Assembly: GCA_002189035.1 (NCBI GenBank)
Contig: NEEC01000017.1
Span: forward strand, 1,240,001-1,304,000
Direction: 5' to 3'
DNA: 64,000 nt
Source of the DNA: Utricularia gibba
Lineage: Eukaryota; Plantae; Magnoliophyta
The notes beneath the pieces are model-generated. The model ran no database searches and was not told where the DNA came from. It saw nothing but the letters and a program-made list of their open reading frames with translations. The translations under genes and the position numbers were made by a program. Shown in pieces: positions 25,538-39,000 of the stretch (position 1 is the stretch's first letter; each line of letters opens with the position of its first letter).

Positions 25538-27708
25538 TTATATCATTTCTTCCTCCAGCTTGAAGATTGCAGGTATCTGTCCATGGTTAACGAAGTCCAC
25601 TTTGTTCAACCTCAGACAGCAGAGAACTTGCTCTGGTAGCTCCTCTGGCTTCTGAGCCTGATGAAGAACAAGCCACAGGTTGATAACTGATATGGTAGAG
25701 TTAGAAAGTAAGTGTGCTTGAGACCTGGATGGTCAATCCCAGGTTGAGTATCGCATCCCCGAGGCGTTCACGAAAGGATTCGAGTCCTTTTCTTGCGATG
25801 TAACTGAAGCGATGAATGTCAAGGTCCACTTCGAAGTAGTTGGGGCCCTGGTAGAGGAGGGATCATCAGTAGTGAGTTCTTTAGAAAAACAGGAGTTGGG
25901 TTGAATGGCTCACATGATAGAATTCATGTTGAGGGCGAGAGAGGACAGGCTTCTCATTGTATGCGTGCATGAGTTTTCTTTCTGTGGAAGAAGAGACGAG
26001 ATCATCAGGATTGACCAGTCCTACCATGATTTTCAGTCTTTCTCTGAATGGAACAATTGAGTCCTTCGCGAAGCCTTTCATCTTTTCCATGTCGTCCTCC
26101 ACTAGTTTCTGTGCCAAAGAGTTAATCAAATCCATAGCTGAACTCAGAAGGAGCTCATTGATTCATCTTGTTACCTTGATGCTCTGTTGAAACTCTGTGG
26201 AGATATCTTTTTCGTAACTCTCGGAGAGTTTGAAGTACAGAACAAGGCTCAAGCCCTCTCCATCACTGTCACCAAGAAACATTGGTGCTGGATAAGTTGG
26301 AAGCTGCCAGTAAACAAGCAAAACAGAAACAGATGAACCTCATGAACCAAAATGAACGGAGTGGGAGGGAAATTACTTGGATATTGACAATTAGCAAGGG
26401 AGGGAGTTCTCCGTTTGCTTTAATACTAGGGAGCTCAAGGTGCTGTGCAATGTGGCTGATCTTTCGTTGGGTTGTGAATAAGTCTACGCCGATAGGGTAG
26501 TAAGGAGCAACATTTGGCGCAGGGCATTTCTTCTTATCCCTGCAACAGCCAAAAAATTTTTTCTATAGCAGACATGAAGAGTAGTAGTTACAAAAGTCAG
26601 TTGTCTTGGCTGACAGGAGCATACTTGAAATAGTTTTCACCGCGGAGGTTAAATGTTGATGGTTCAATTTGAGACCATGTTCCAGAAATCACCTTTTCAT
26701 CAGTGCAGCAAGGAATCATGAGACCAGCTCGGGGACGATACAGATACTTAGTTGGAGCACCAGGACTGATCACCGTGTCTTGAAAACACCTAGTTAGATA
26801 AAAAACCATGTACTTGTATAACAGCTTAAGATATACTCACGGATTTCATTAGTTTCTTCCCCATCCACGGATTTTCTTTTAAATGATAGGCGAATCCCCA
26901 CTGATTTCCTTCTTATACTACTGATCTTTTCACTGAAGCTTAGAGAAGGAACCAGCCTTGGTAAAACTGTCTTCAGTATACCCTCCTCATGATCATGTTT
27001 TTCATCTTGCATTCCCACGAAACTCGAATTATTAAGTTCCAAATTTTTCACCCTTTTGATGGCGTCATCACTCCGGATGAGCCCTTTATCAAATTTCAGA
27101 TATTTTTCATGACATTCTTTAACGGTATACTTGCCCTCTAGGATACTTGATGATGTTTCATACTGACGCACTTGCCCATTTGGTATCGGAAGGACATCTA
27201 CAAACAATAAGATAGAAGAATTGAAAAAAAAACAGACATTGATAAGCATCAGTATGGATATGGCTGAATCAAATGAAGTGTACCTCCATGAACACTGCAA
27301 AAATCATCATCTGACTCAGAATCTAGAATGCTGAATGTGTCAAACCATGCTTCTTCTGGGCATATTGCTGCAACCAATAAGGTATGTGAGCAGGAAATCT
27401 GAGCAAGAGATACAATATTACATACCATTAGCATTAATATGACCATGGTGCCATTGAAACTGCGTGACATGGATTGTGGAATTGGAAACTTCGGATTTTC
27501 CGCATGTCGTGGTTGTCTGGACATACTCGCTGACCGTAAAATCCAAAACTCGAGATCCCTCATCACTGATTTTTTTACAATTCCCATCTGCAACTGAAGC
27601 CAAATGGTGTTTGGAGCGAGCATGACGCCTCTTCCTTGCTTTCAAAGGTTTCCCTACCCTTTTCAAAGATTTGCTTGCAATAGCTGGTGTTGATACGCAC
27701 CCTCCCAT
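25538..27708 (-). CDS. DUF1336 / EDR2 C-terminal-like domain protein
   Basis: MGGCVST start; [24 protein letters not shown]; [18 protein letters not shown]; [14 protein letters not shown]; [15 protein letters not shown]; [27 protein letters not shown]; ends [16 protein letters not shown]. Confidence 0.9.
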
Positions 27709-29112
27709 TATTACGAAAGATCTATAGATCTGTAAGAACATAAACAAACCAACTTAAAAAATGGTCCCCGCCGGAAATAACCAGAAGCCACAATTCATAC
27801 TCACCAAGATCTTAGCTGGTGATGTGATTGTAGTTATGACACTTTTTTTTTCCAAATTGTTTTGTGGAAACAGGAATACTTGCAAATAATTCTCCAGCCG
27901 AGTTATTTGTGTATTTCAGATGTTCCACTTCTCATGACCTGACCAACCATGCACAGAAGAATGAGAAGCTGAAATCTCAATCAATAGTCACCAAAATCAT
28001 CATAATTCTTGAAAGGTTAAGCATCTATAAATCTCATGAGACTGAAAAAAAAAACATAAATATCTTCATTAAGTCAAACCATTTCATGGATAAATTTAAC
28101 GTAATTTGCAAAAGATGCAGACAGTGGAAACCAGGGTATCTGAATGGAGTCATGAATCCTCGCCTTTCTGGCATCAAACAATGCATAACAAGGGATGAGG
28201 GGTAGAGAGGAGAGGCTAACACCCTCAAATGGTGGGTGTAAAGACAATGCAGTGTAAACTACAACATAGGGTTTTCTAGAGATTCACGAGACGAAAGGAA
28301 AAAACAAGCAGTCATGTCATATTTCCTGTAGAAAGAGTCCACGACCGGTTCCAAAAGTCCTACATTTCTCAGAAGTCTTCGCTTTCATCAAATCAAGATG
28401 AAAAACTCAAAAACCATCAACTCCCCAGTCCCCACTGCTACACAAGCAAAGAATCATGATCGAAACAACCACCTCACACGCATCCCCATCTCAGAATCAT
28501 AACAACAAACACTTTTCAGGCGTTTGCAACTTTGTATCCAACAACCCGTGAAAAAGAAGAACCAAGGAACGAACCTCGTATTTCCTACGGAAGACGGAGA
28601 AGTGGGTCCGACAGCGTCGGAACCAATTCAAGAAACTCAGGCCCTGCTTTCCTTCTCTGTTTCCGATCCCTCGTTACTTTATGAATTCATTCACTTTGTT
28701 CCTGTATCCGTTCCCACACAATGCCGGGCTTCCATGGATACTCATATATGCACATTGACAATGCACGGAAGATGCAGAGACAAAAGCGCAGCACCTCTGC
28801 CATTTCCTTCGCGCCATTATTCGCTGGTCGGCATAAATCCATCATCTCTTATTATTGATAACCCCCTGCATGGAGCCGCTAATCAGATATCTATTCCTAT
28901 TATTGTGTTTCCTAAGGGTTCTAAATTAATTATTTAATTGAATTACTTTTAATCGGACGGATTTTGACTAATCGTGTGAGAATGGGTTGACCACAACCTT
29001 TTTCTAAATTATTGGCACCAAATGTGATTATTGTTTATTAGAATAATATAATAATTTTTAGTATTTAATGCAAATGATATATTTAATTTTTAATAATATA
29101 ATTGATTCTACT

Positions 29113-29137
29113 TATATATATATATATATATATATAT
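29113..29137. repeat. (TA)n microsatellite (second tract at 29538-29557)
   Basis: Directly visible TA run. Confidence 0.9.
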
Positions 29138-30541
29138 TTATTTATTTAATTTTTAACTCTTTTTATCTTGAATATTATTTGATACTTAACATTTTAATAT
29201 AAAACAATTTCGAATAATTAAAAAGACAATATTTTGATTTTCAATATTTTACTATTTGATAAAATTGGTATACATGTTCCTGACCACCCGTCATAGATCC
29301 CTGGGCACTGATTCACGAGTCAAATTCAATGAATTGATATAAAACATATAAATCATCGACACATGAATAAACTAGTTATATATCTTAATTCAGCTCATAA
29401 CTTAAGTTAACCTGAATTTAATATTTAAAATATAAATACAACGTTTGTTTTAATTAGTATTTCTCATAACTTATAAAATAAAACAGCGTTGTAATCTGTA
29501 TTTATAGCATCACGTATACACTAAATAGGTAATTATCATATATATATATATATATATTAGAAAAAATATGAAATGATTCAAATCAAAATCCTATAAAAAA
29601 ATATATTTCTCGACTTGTAATATACATCCCATGACTAATCAACCGTCGATGGTCCTCGCCCGCCATTTGATGTCCAGCCTCGCCTGAGGGCCGACGGCAC
29701 TGCAGCCGACGGCCGCCAAGCGCCGCACCCGCCGGGCCAGCCTACGGTACCTTTGCGTGGATGTACGCGAATGGCGAGTAGGCATGTGGGCGGGGCAACG
29801 GGGTGGACGGTAGTGGGGGCAGTAACCGGGTCGCCAGTTAATTTTTGGTGTAGAGAAGTGTTGGAATATTGATATTGGATAAAATGTGGTATACCACATT
29901 GTTAGTTGGAATAATTTTCAATTAATTTATATAAAATACCAATCTATTAATTTTGATGTATTTTAGAATGAGTTGAATCTCATGTGTATGTAGAGTTGTA
30001 AATTATTAAATTGAGTTGATCTTACGAAAGATAATTTGAAACCCTACAGGGTATACTCACAAGGGGAGGAGGGGTGGTGCAAACCAATCCCAAAAGGCTT
30101 TCGCATGTGTGTATGCAATAAGCTTACGTTTTACTTCATTTTGTCTCGAATCCATTAGGATTAGGGTTTGTATCTATATTTAACTGATTTTTGAGATTGA
30201 GATAATATTTTTTGAAGAGTTTCTTAAATCCTAAAAATTGAGAAATACTTTATAATAGCATTTTACAGATTTTAAGTTTTGATCTTTTATTATTCTTTGT
30301 TTTTAATTTACAAAAAGAAGAAATGAAATTTAGAAAAAAAAAAGATTAGATAATGAAATAGAGAATAGTGAAGATTGTAATTTTACTAAATTTTGAGATA
30401 TTATTAATTGTTCGTGATTTTAAATATTAATTTTTAGGAATTAATTATATCATTTACAAAAGGATATTATCTACATAATTATTAATTTTAAAAACAAATG
30501 AATATTAAATAGTAATTCTGTCGCTGAAAATATAAATTAAA

Positions 30542-32434
30542 ATGAAATCTTCAACTAAAATAGTAGTGCGTGAGATGACAAATTGGCAAGCTAATGTAGG
30601 TCGTCAATGCCGGGCTCTCATCAGAACCTGTGCGTTGCACTCGGCGCTCGACGCCGGAAAGAAGCTACATGCCGCTGTCGTCACCGGCGGTCAGTTGAAT
30701 CAATGGAGATCGTTTCTTCGCAACTCTCTTCTTCATATGTATGCTGCCTGCGGAGATGTTGTCTCTGCACGCAAACTGTTCGATGAAATTCCGCTCGGAT
30801 TCAAAGATACAGTTGACTGGACCATGCTCATGGACTGCTACTGCCGCGTCGGGTCCTCCCTTGATGGGCTGGGCTTATTCGTTGAGATGAGAAGAGAAGG
30901 GGTGGCGATCGATGAAATCACGATGGTTTCTGTGTTCACTGCCTGCGCTAGTTTGGGGAACAATGTGTTTGGCATCCAGGGACATGGCTGTTTCATAAAG
31001 ATGGGTTTGGGTCTGGGAACGAAAGCATGGAACGCTGCTATGGATATGTATGTGAAATCTGGACTAACGGCCGACGCGAAGAAGTTGTTCAAGGAATTCG
31101 AGGGAAGAAACGTTGTTTCCTGGACAGTGCTTTTATGGGGTGTTCTGAAATGGGAGGGGCTTGAGAAAGGGAGGGAGTTGTTCGATGAAATGCCCGAGAG
31201 AAACGTGATTGCTTGGAGTATAATGATTGCGAGGTATGTTGAAAATTCTTTCACCAGAGAGGCGTTCAGCCTGCTGAAAGAAATGGTATTCACCCATTCA
31301 TTGCGTTTGAATGCTTCTTCTTCTTGCATAATACTGTCAGCGTGCACGCAGTCTGGAGATATCGTGATGGGCAAATGGGTTCACTCTTGTGCTCTCAAAT
31401 CCGCCATAGATGCTTCCGGTGATGTCAAGTACAGGACAGCGTTGCTTGATATGTATGCCAAGTGCGGCCTCGTGAACAGCGCGATCCGAGTCTTTGAGAC
31501 GACGCCGTTGAGAAATGTGGTCACTTGGAATGCCATGCTCGGTGGACTAGCCATGCATGGAAAGGGTGCTATGGTTCTGCAGATGTTCGATCAAATGGTA
31601 GAGACAGTGGAGCCAAATGATGTGACCTTCACAGCTCTGTTGAGTGCTTGTAGCCACTCTGGGTTAGTTGATGAGGGAAGAAAGCTTTTCGACACCATGC
31701 AAAATGTGCATAAAGTAACCCCTTCAATGGAAAACTATGCTTCCATGGTGGATCTTCTAGGTCGGGCCGGACACGTCGAAGAAGCAGCGGCTGTCATTCG
31801 GAAAATGCAGATTAAGCCAAATGAGGTTGTTTTGGGATCTTTGATAGGAGCCTGTAGAGTTCACAAAAAGCATGAGCTGGTGGAACCCCTTGTAAGGGAC
31901 CTGGTTCGAATGCATCCTTACAACACTGATCATCACATCTTGCTAGCCAACATTTATGCTTCACTGGGTAAGTTAGATAAAGCAGATTCATTCCGCAAAG
32001 ATCTTAAACAGAGAGGGATACGAAAAGTCCCTGGAATAAGCACAATGTATGTACAAGGAGAAGTACACCACTTTAGTGCAGGTGATAAATCACATCCAAA
32101 GATCAAAGACATATACTCGAAGTTGGAGGAGATGATCCAGAAGTTGAAACTTGCCGGTTATGTTCCTGGTGGAATTGATGATAATGTTGACGAGCAGGAA
32201 GAGAAGGAGCGGGCCTTGTTGTTCCACAGTGAAAAGCTGGCTCTCTGCTTTGGTTTGATAAGCACAAAACCAGGCATGCCACTTCATATCTTTAAGAACC
32301 TGAGAATATGCCAGGATTGTCATTCTGCAATGAAGGTGGCTTCGACTGTGTATGACAGAGAGATAATTATCAGAGACCGTTACCGATTTCACTCATTCAA
32401 ACAGGGCTCGTGCTCTTGTTCAGATTATTGGTAA
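30542..32434 (+). CDS. PLS-class PPR protein with E/DYW deaminase domain (organellar RNA editing factor)
   Basis: Intact 630-aa single-exon ORF; repeated RNVVSW/RNVVTWNAM motifs; PG box KVPG; HSEKLA, CQDC and terminal DYW; resembles At5g15340 (recall). Confidence 0.95.
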   Translation: MKSSTKIVVREMTNWQANVGRQCRALIRTCALHSALDAGKKLHAAVVTGGQLNQWRSFLRNSLLHMYAACGDVVSARKLFDEIPLGFKDTVDWTMLMDCYCRVGSSLDGLGLFVEMRREGVAIDEITMVSVFTACASLGNNVFGIQGHGCFIKMGLGLGTKAWNAAMDMYVKSGLTADAKKLFKEFEGRNVVSWTVLLWGVLKWEGLEKGRELFDEMPERNVIAWSIMIARYVENSFTREAFSLLKEMVFTHSLRLNASSSCIILSACTQSGDIVMGKWVHSCALKSAIDASGDVKYRTALLDMYAKCGLVNSAIRVFETTPLRNVVTWNAMLGGLAMHGKGAMVLQMFDQMVETVEPNDVTFTALLSACSHSGLVDEGRKLFDTMQNVHKVTPSMENYASMVDLLGRAGHVEEAAAVIRKMQIKPNEVVLGSLIGACRVHKKHELVEPLVRDLVRMHPYNTDHHILLANIYASLGKLDKADSFRKDLKQRGIRKVPGISTMYVQGEVHHFSAGDKSHPKIKDIYSKLEEMIQKLKLAGYVPGGIDDNVDEQEEKERALLFHSEKLALCFGLISTKPGMPLHIFKNLRICQDCHSAMKVASTVYDREIIIRDRYRFHSFKQGSCSCSDYW

Positions 32435-32618
32435 TATTTGTCAAGCGGCAAACATAGGTGAACAATGCTGTTTCAGTCTTATGACGATGATACAAGTACC
32501 GTGAAGTACATATTTCGCATTTGGTTTGAGTCAAGCAGAAAGCCAAAACTGGAAAAGCAAGGCGGATTTCAACACACTGACCTCAAGATTTACACCAGAA
32601 AGAACCAGGGGAACTGGT

Positions 32619-33765
32619 TTATGCTAGAGCCCTGACCCTCTCCCTCTTGAACACGCTATAATCTGCTGTCAAGCTCCCATTGACTCGATCTTTCATGTTT
32701 TGCACCACCCTCCAAAGAATCTTCCAGAAAAAGAAAAAAATATAGGTTTGTGAGTTGAGAATCACAGTCGACAACAATGTTCAGTGGCTTAAAATAAACA
32801 GGCAGATCTCTAACCATTTCCGCAACCTCACGGCGGATATTTTCAGGGACAACAGCAAGAACCTGGGGAACAGCAAGGCTTACACTCGTCAGGAGTTGGC
32901 CCTTCAACCGGTTCCTTGGCCCTTTTCTATCTGGATAAAGGGCCCCTTTAACTTCAAGGGAAAAATGGGAAGGTTTGAACATGTCATCTAATCCCTTGAG
33001 CTCCCATCTAACCTGCAAGGTATTAGCTTATCATCATCTCTACTGAAAGTCAAAAGCTCCACTACCTCATTGATTTCAATACAGAGTCTACTAATTAACA
33101 AAGAATACTGAAATTTTAAGCTAATTTCGGCGCTTCTATCCTGCAGGCTGAAGTTTTTTAAGGATTTACTCACAATATCAAGCTCAAGTACTTTTGAAAT
33201 CCCTCTGGGAACACCTAGGGGATACCCCATTCCATTGGATTTGCATCTTAATCTGATGTCAACGGTGGGCAGGGCTGTGACAAACAGGAAATCTATAGGT
33301 AGCATTTGAACTCGCCATTCTTCCTGCAAGGCTGCTCATCATTAAATCGCATTGCAGAATTCCTCTTCTCTAGAGGAAGAAGCCATCGCTTTCTTTCCAA
33401 TAGAAGATGAAAGACGGAATATTACCTCATTCAGTCGTTGAGCTCTCTTCTTATCGGGAAATATGGCTTCGAAAACCCTGGCCCTGTCTTCTAGATACTC
33501 GTCGAACGAAGCCTGGTGATGCAACAAATCAGGAACAAAAAAGTGACAAGAACCGGAAATTTAGTGATTCTTTTACCCCTGGGATTTCGTATAAGGGGAG
33601 ATCGGTGGATACTGTCGTGGAGTAAGTGGAAGGATTCGCCATTTGGACCTTTGCCCGACTCATTTTCAATCCGAAGATCAAAAAACTGCAATTCCTTCTT
33701 CTTAAAGGAAACGCTCCGCCGTATAAGGAGGAGCGCCACGGCGACGCCGCAATGGAGCTGCCCAT
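32619..33765 (-). CDS. DUF1997 family protein, likely plastid
   Basis: TDLPLYEIPG|ASFDEYLEDRARVFEAIFPDK..|EEWRVQMLPIDFLF..|RWELKGLD..FSLEVKGALYP..LKGQL|..NMKDRVNGSLTADY; resembles At5g39520/30 (recall). Confidence 0.85.
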
Positions 33766-33889
33766 TTCGTTTGCGTCAGTACGAATTTGGTTTGTGGACC
33801 ATAAAGTGTGATGAGGAAGGTTCGGTAAAAAGCGTGCGGCTCCCGCCATCTCCTTATCCAGTTACACGTGGCATGTTTACGGAGCATTT

Positions 33890-33950
33890 AGGCCCATGTT
33901 TCACCATCCAATGGGCCAGTCCAACTTTGCTCCAGCCCATATTAGCCCAA
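33890..33950. promoter_or_regulatory. Site II element cluster in the divergent DUF1997/hydrolase intergenic region
   Basis: GGCCCA, TGGGCC and two AGCCCA within about 60 bp. Confidence 0.6.
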
Positions 33951-34712
33951 TAAGCTCATTCAACCGCCACAGCATGTACCAGACAGAGGATCATCGGAGA
34001 ACGGAGATGAGATCATCGACAAAGCAGTCAACTGAAGCGGTTAACAGGGGCAACCACATACGCAGGTATGCAGACTGTGTACAATATCAGAGTAGGAGTT
34101 CACCCTCCCTTTTTTTCTTCTCCTCTCTTCTTCTTGTGAAGTTCTGGGAAATGATCCGGCAGTAAAACCACCCCAACCTGTGCCGGAAACCCCGTGGACC
34201 TTCTCCATCGGCGTACGCGGTTGCGGTGGTGCGTTCATGCCATCCCCGAGCTCAAACCCTTCCCAGCCCACGTCCCTCAAATGCGACGCCGATGGAAACC
34301 CCAGTACTGGAGTACCAGAGGGAGAAAGTTGAGTGGAGCATGCAGAAGAAGGGCCATGCTCCGATCAACCAGCCGGGCAACACCCCGTCACCCAGTTCAC
34401 CTCATTCATTTCTCCACTCAGAAATGAACTTGACGATCCATTGGGCTCATTAACAACGTGGTCCATATTTCTGGGATGATGTAACCCATCTCGTTATCTA
34501 CAGAGATTTGTTTACAGATTCTTGGAATTGAGTTCGTTGATAATATGATGAAAGAAATCAAAGAACTTCAGCTGATGATTGGAAATTTGAAGTCAGGGTT
34601 AGGTGCAGAACAGCTAAAGTAGGTAGTGTAGTTGATCTTCCCATGTATTGATATCTGTATGTATATTAGGTATAAAAGCAGTCGCCTGCTGTCCCATTTC
34701 ACATCTCTAGAA

Positions 34713-35895
34713 ATGGTGAACCTTGTTGCAGCTCAGAGGCCACTCCTGCAAGGCCTCATGAACGTCGCCGGCCTCGCGCCCACCGCCGTGGATGTCGGCT
34801 GTGGAACGGTCGTAAATGTTTGGGTTCCTGTTGCGACCCTCAAAGGGTCTAGTCGGCCAGTGAAGCCTGTGGTGGTCTTAGTGCACGGGTTTGCTGCAGA
34901 GGGTATTGTAACATGGCAGTTTCAAGTTGCTTCCTTGACAAAGAAATACAGCGTTTACATACCGGACCTCCTCTTCTTCGGAGGCTCGACTACCAACAGC
35001 CCCGACCGGTCGCCGGAGTTCCAGGCCGAGTGTCTAGTGAAGGCCATGAATAAGCTTGGGATTGACAAGTGTGTGTTGGTGGGATTCAGCTACGGTGGCA
35101 TGGTGGCTTTTGAGATGGCGCGGCGGTGGCCGGCGTCGGTGGAGGCGTTGGTGATTTCTGGGTCGGTTTTGTCGATTACAGATTCGATGATGGCGAACAT
35201 GGTCGATGAGACGGGAGCTGCATCCTCGTCGGAGCTTCTACTTCCGAGCAACGTCGATGGTCTTAAGGCCCTTCTCAAGGTTGCCATGCACAAGAAGCTT
35301 TGGTTCCCCAATAGGCTCTACAAGGACTTTTTGGAGGTAATCAAAAGAAGCATTACTTGCCAATTTTTCACACTGATGCTGTCATAATATCTATGAAAAC
35401 TGATCTCAAAAGTGTGTTTTGGTAATCGAAAGGTGATGTTCAACAACAGAAAGGAAAGGGAACAACTCCTTGAAGCTTTGGATAGTACACAAAAACATAC
35501 CATCATCCCAAGCTTTCCACAGGTAGAACTCTAAAGAGATCCTACTCTATTGAACACTTGTGGTTCTTTTGGTACTTACTTTTTCTTGTAGAGGATACAC
35601 TTACTGTGGGGTGAGAATGATAGGATTTTCAGCCTGCAACTTGCTCAAAACATGAAGAGGTAAGACCTTGAATTCCCTCCATTAAATGACTCACTTTGAG
35701 GTAGCTTGTTTCAGTTCCTACATCATGTGAGTGGAGTCGATGCCGCATCTTTGATAACCGCGTTGTTGCAGGGAGCTAGGAGAGAAAGTAACCCTTGAAA
35801 GCATTAGAAAAGCAGGGCATTTGGTGCATTTGGAGAGGCCATGTGTTTACAACAGATGCCTGAAAAGTTTTCTTGCTTCTGTGTATGAACCTTAG
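34713..35895 (+). CDS. Alpha/beta hydrolase (ABHD6-like lipase/esterase)
   Basis: MVNLVAAQRPLL; LVHGFAAEGIVTWQFQ; nucleophile GFSYGG; LWGENDRIF; KAGHLVHLERPCVYN; 4 exons. Confidence 0.92.
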
Positions 35896-36069
35896 CCATC
35901 ATTTCTGGGGTAAGCAAAGATGTGTGTCCATTGGAATACTGTCCGATTGAAAAACAGGGATCTTTCAATTTTTCTCTCATCCAAATCACATCCAGTATTC
36001 TATGATGGCATACAACTTATTCATTCATGAGCCAGAGTCACAGAAAGTGGTTAACAAATGAGACCATAA

Positions 36070-39000
36070 TCAAGCAGCAATTGGCTCAGTGGCCTTGTTG
36101 AGCCATTCCTGCTCTGAATCATTTAGATAAGGAGCAAGGATATCCCTGCATCTTGCATGGTAGTTGTTCAGCCACTCAATCTCCTCCCTCGCAAGCAGCT
36201 GCACATCAATCATCTTGTTCTGATATGGGCCTGATCCATTATCCAAATTCAACATCAGTCTTTGTTTTCAAGTTTCATTTTTATGGGAAAAGTCTAACAC
36301 TGATCTGTTTTGTCCCTAATTCCTTCGCTTATAAAGAATAAACAAGCCGAACAGACATCTATTAATGTCTCATCATCAACCAATAGTAAAGAAAGATAAA
36401 GGTGAAGAAGACATTACCCAAGTTATATTCTCGAACATTAAATATCCCTTGCCACCAAAATTGAACTTTGTATCGGATTCCTTCACAACAAGCACATTCT
36501 CTAATCTGATGCCAAAGTTTCCATCCTCATAATAACCCGGTTCTGCCAAACAACACTAATCAAATCATTGCATAGAGACATAATGATGCATGTTTTATCA
36601 CATCTTTGACCACTTCATGAAATTGGTGCCAAATTGCACTACGCGAATCATTGAGGAAAATAGTAGAAATTAGACAAGAATGGCTAGATTACCATCGGTG
36701 ATAGTCATTGATGGTTTTAGAGGAACATCTCGAGCAGCTGGTCTGAAGCTGATTTGTTGAGGCCCTACAAAGTGTGGAAAAGAATCAGTTAAGCGGATCT
36801 ACAAAGGAAACAAAATGTGCAGTTTTTTTAAAACTAGGGAGTTAATGAAAATAGCATTATCAACATAATATTACCTTCATGAACATTTAGATAAGACCCG
36901 ACCCCATGACCGGTTCCGTGCCTGTAGTCAAGACCATCCTTCCATAAAGAAACTCGTGCAAGAACATCAAGAACATGCCCTGCGAAATAGAATTATGCCG
37001 GTGAATTTCACATAGCGGAGAGTATTAGAGAATAAGTCTTTACCAGTTGTTCCATTTGGAAATCTAGCATTTCCCAAACCAATATGGCCTTTGAGAACCT
37101 GTAATTTAATTTCAGATGGTAATTTCTGATCAGAAAAGAAAATACAGGAGGACAAAGAAAAATTAATCCCAGATGATGAAATGCTTTCATTGCCCAAATT
37201 CTGGATAATTCAACACAATTATAAAGTGAATATAAAACACAACATACCGAAGTGTAACATGTTTTCTCATGTGAAGTGGGTTTTCCAAAATGCACTGTCC
37301 TCGTGATGTCAGTTGTTCCATCTAAATACTTTAGGAGTGATGCCAAAAATCAACTAAGGAATGGCATAAAGGTATAAAACCAAAAAGGTAGATATGGGTC
37401 TCACCTGAGCTCCTGAATCAAACAAATAAATGCTATTTGGATCCAGTTCGGCACAAGTCTCCTCCTCTGGACAATAATGTATTACTGCACCATTTGGACC
37501 TACTGATGAAATAGTAGGAAAGCTCAAACCCCTGAAATGCTGTTAACAGAGCACCAGTAATCACAACTCAAAGCAAAACAATCTGCTGAAATCAGCATTA
37601 CAAGTATGTATGGAATGAAATATTGCACCACAATGAAGATGACAAGCTTGCTCCTAGAGATTTAAAACGTTACCTGTTTTGAAGCACGAAATTTCTCTAA
37701 TGTGCTACTGACGGACACTTCTGTAAGTTTTGTGCTTGCCCTGCAATATCGTGGAAAGATGAAACATAAGAAACAGGCAGAGAGAATAATGACTATCCAT
37801 TGGAAACCTGAAAATGGTTAGTTTACAAATAGCTGATCCTCAGCAAACCATTCCTGCAGGGTTAGATTAATATAGAGACCTTCCTGGTCAAGATTAACCA
37901 AGATGTGGAGTAAATTCCATATCACAGTCACTCACATAATCAATGACTGACTATAAACACAGGTTGTAGCCAAGTGAGTTTGATCAGACGAATTTATTTA
38001 TCCCAAAAAGAATCAAGGCAAAAATCAAGAGAGGCTGTAAATGAAATCCATGATACTTATAGATGAACCTTAAATATGGCAAACCCAAAAACATTACTGG
38101 AGAAAACTTACTCACGGGTCTTCTTGGAAGCAGCCTCAGCTTCCAGAAAGTAACCCGAAGCTCCATAAATCTCCTTCATCTGAGGTATATAGTGGTGAGA
38201 AAAATAGGAGCATCAAAGGACACACATTTACTAGAGACTAGATTACAAGATGCGAGTGTGCATTTTACAAATGAACTATGGACCCAGATTCAGGGTATCA
38301 AACTTGACTATCATGTCCTTGAAAAAGGAAGAATGATCGTACTCAAAGAAAAGCATTAGGTTTTCCTACAGTGAATAATCGAGAAAATGCTCCACTGTAA
38401 TCTGTTTACCTGATGATCCAGCCATACAAGATACTGTACAACAGCTGCCCCATCACGAACATGAGCATTTTTCAGTCCTTCTATCTCTACGGATTCTGAA
38501 AAAAAAAGTAAAGAGAGATTTTGATCTTGAAGATACACAAGCAAATACAAATGATTGCACACATCCAACATATATGACAGATTTTAGAAAAGAATGGAAG
38601 CATAGACACCAAAGATCATAGAAAAAAAAAATGATACAACCCAGATACCCTTGATGCAGGATATGGCTCAATTCAGAGAAATAACAGAGGCCAAAAAAAC
38701 AAAAGAGAAAACAAGGCACCTTTAGAGATTTTGAAAGGGCCAAGGGAGATGGCTGCAGGAGAACCTTATCCCCGATCAATTTAGAGTACAAAGAAAAGAC
38801 ACATGTACCAGGATCAACCCAGATAAGGTCATTTATCCCGTCCTCGGTCAGCCTATCATCTATCACAGATGCCTTTTTAGAGTGATCAGTGCCATTCGTT
38901 ATATCACATGGAATTTCCTTGCCAGAACTGGTGGAGGTGAGTTGTCCAGATGCAAGCAAGATTACATCAGAGCTCACATCAGCATAATCCCGCAAAGTAA

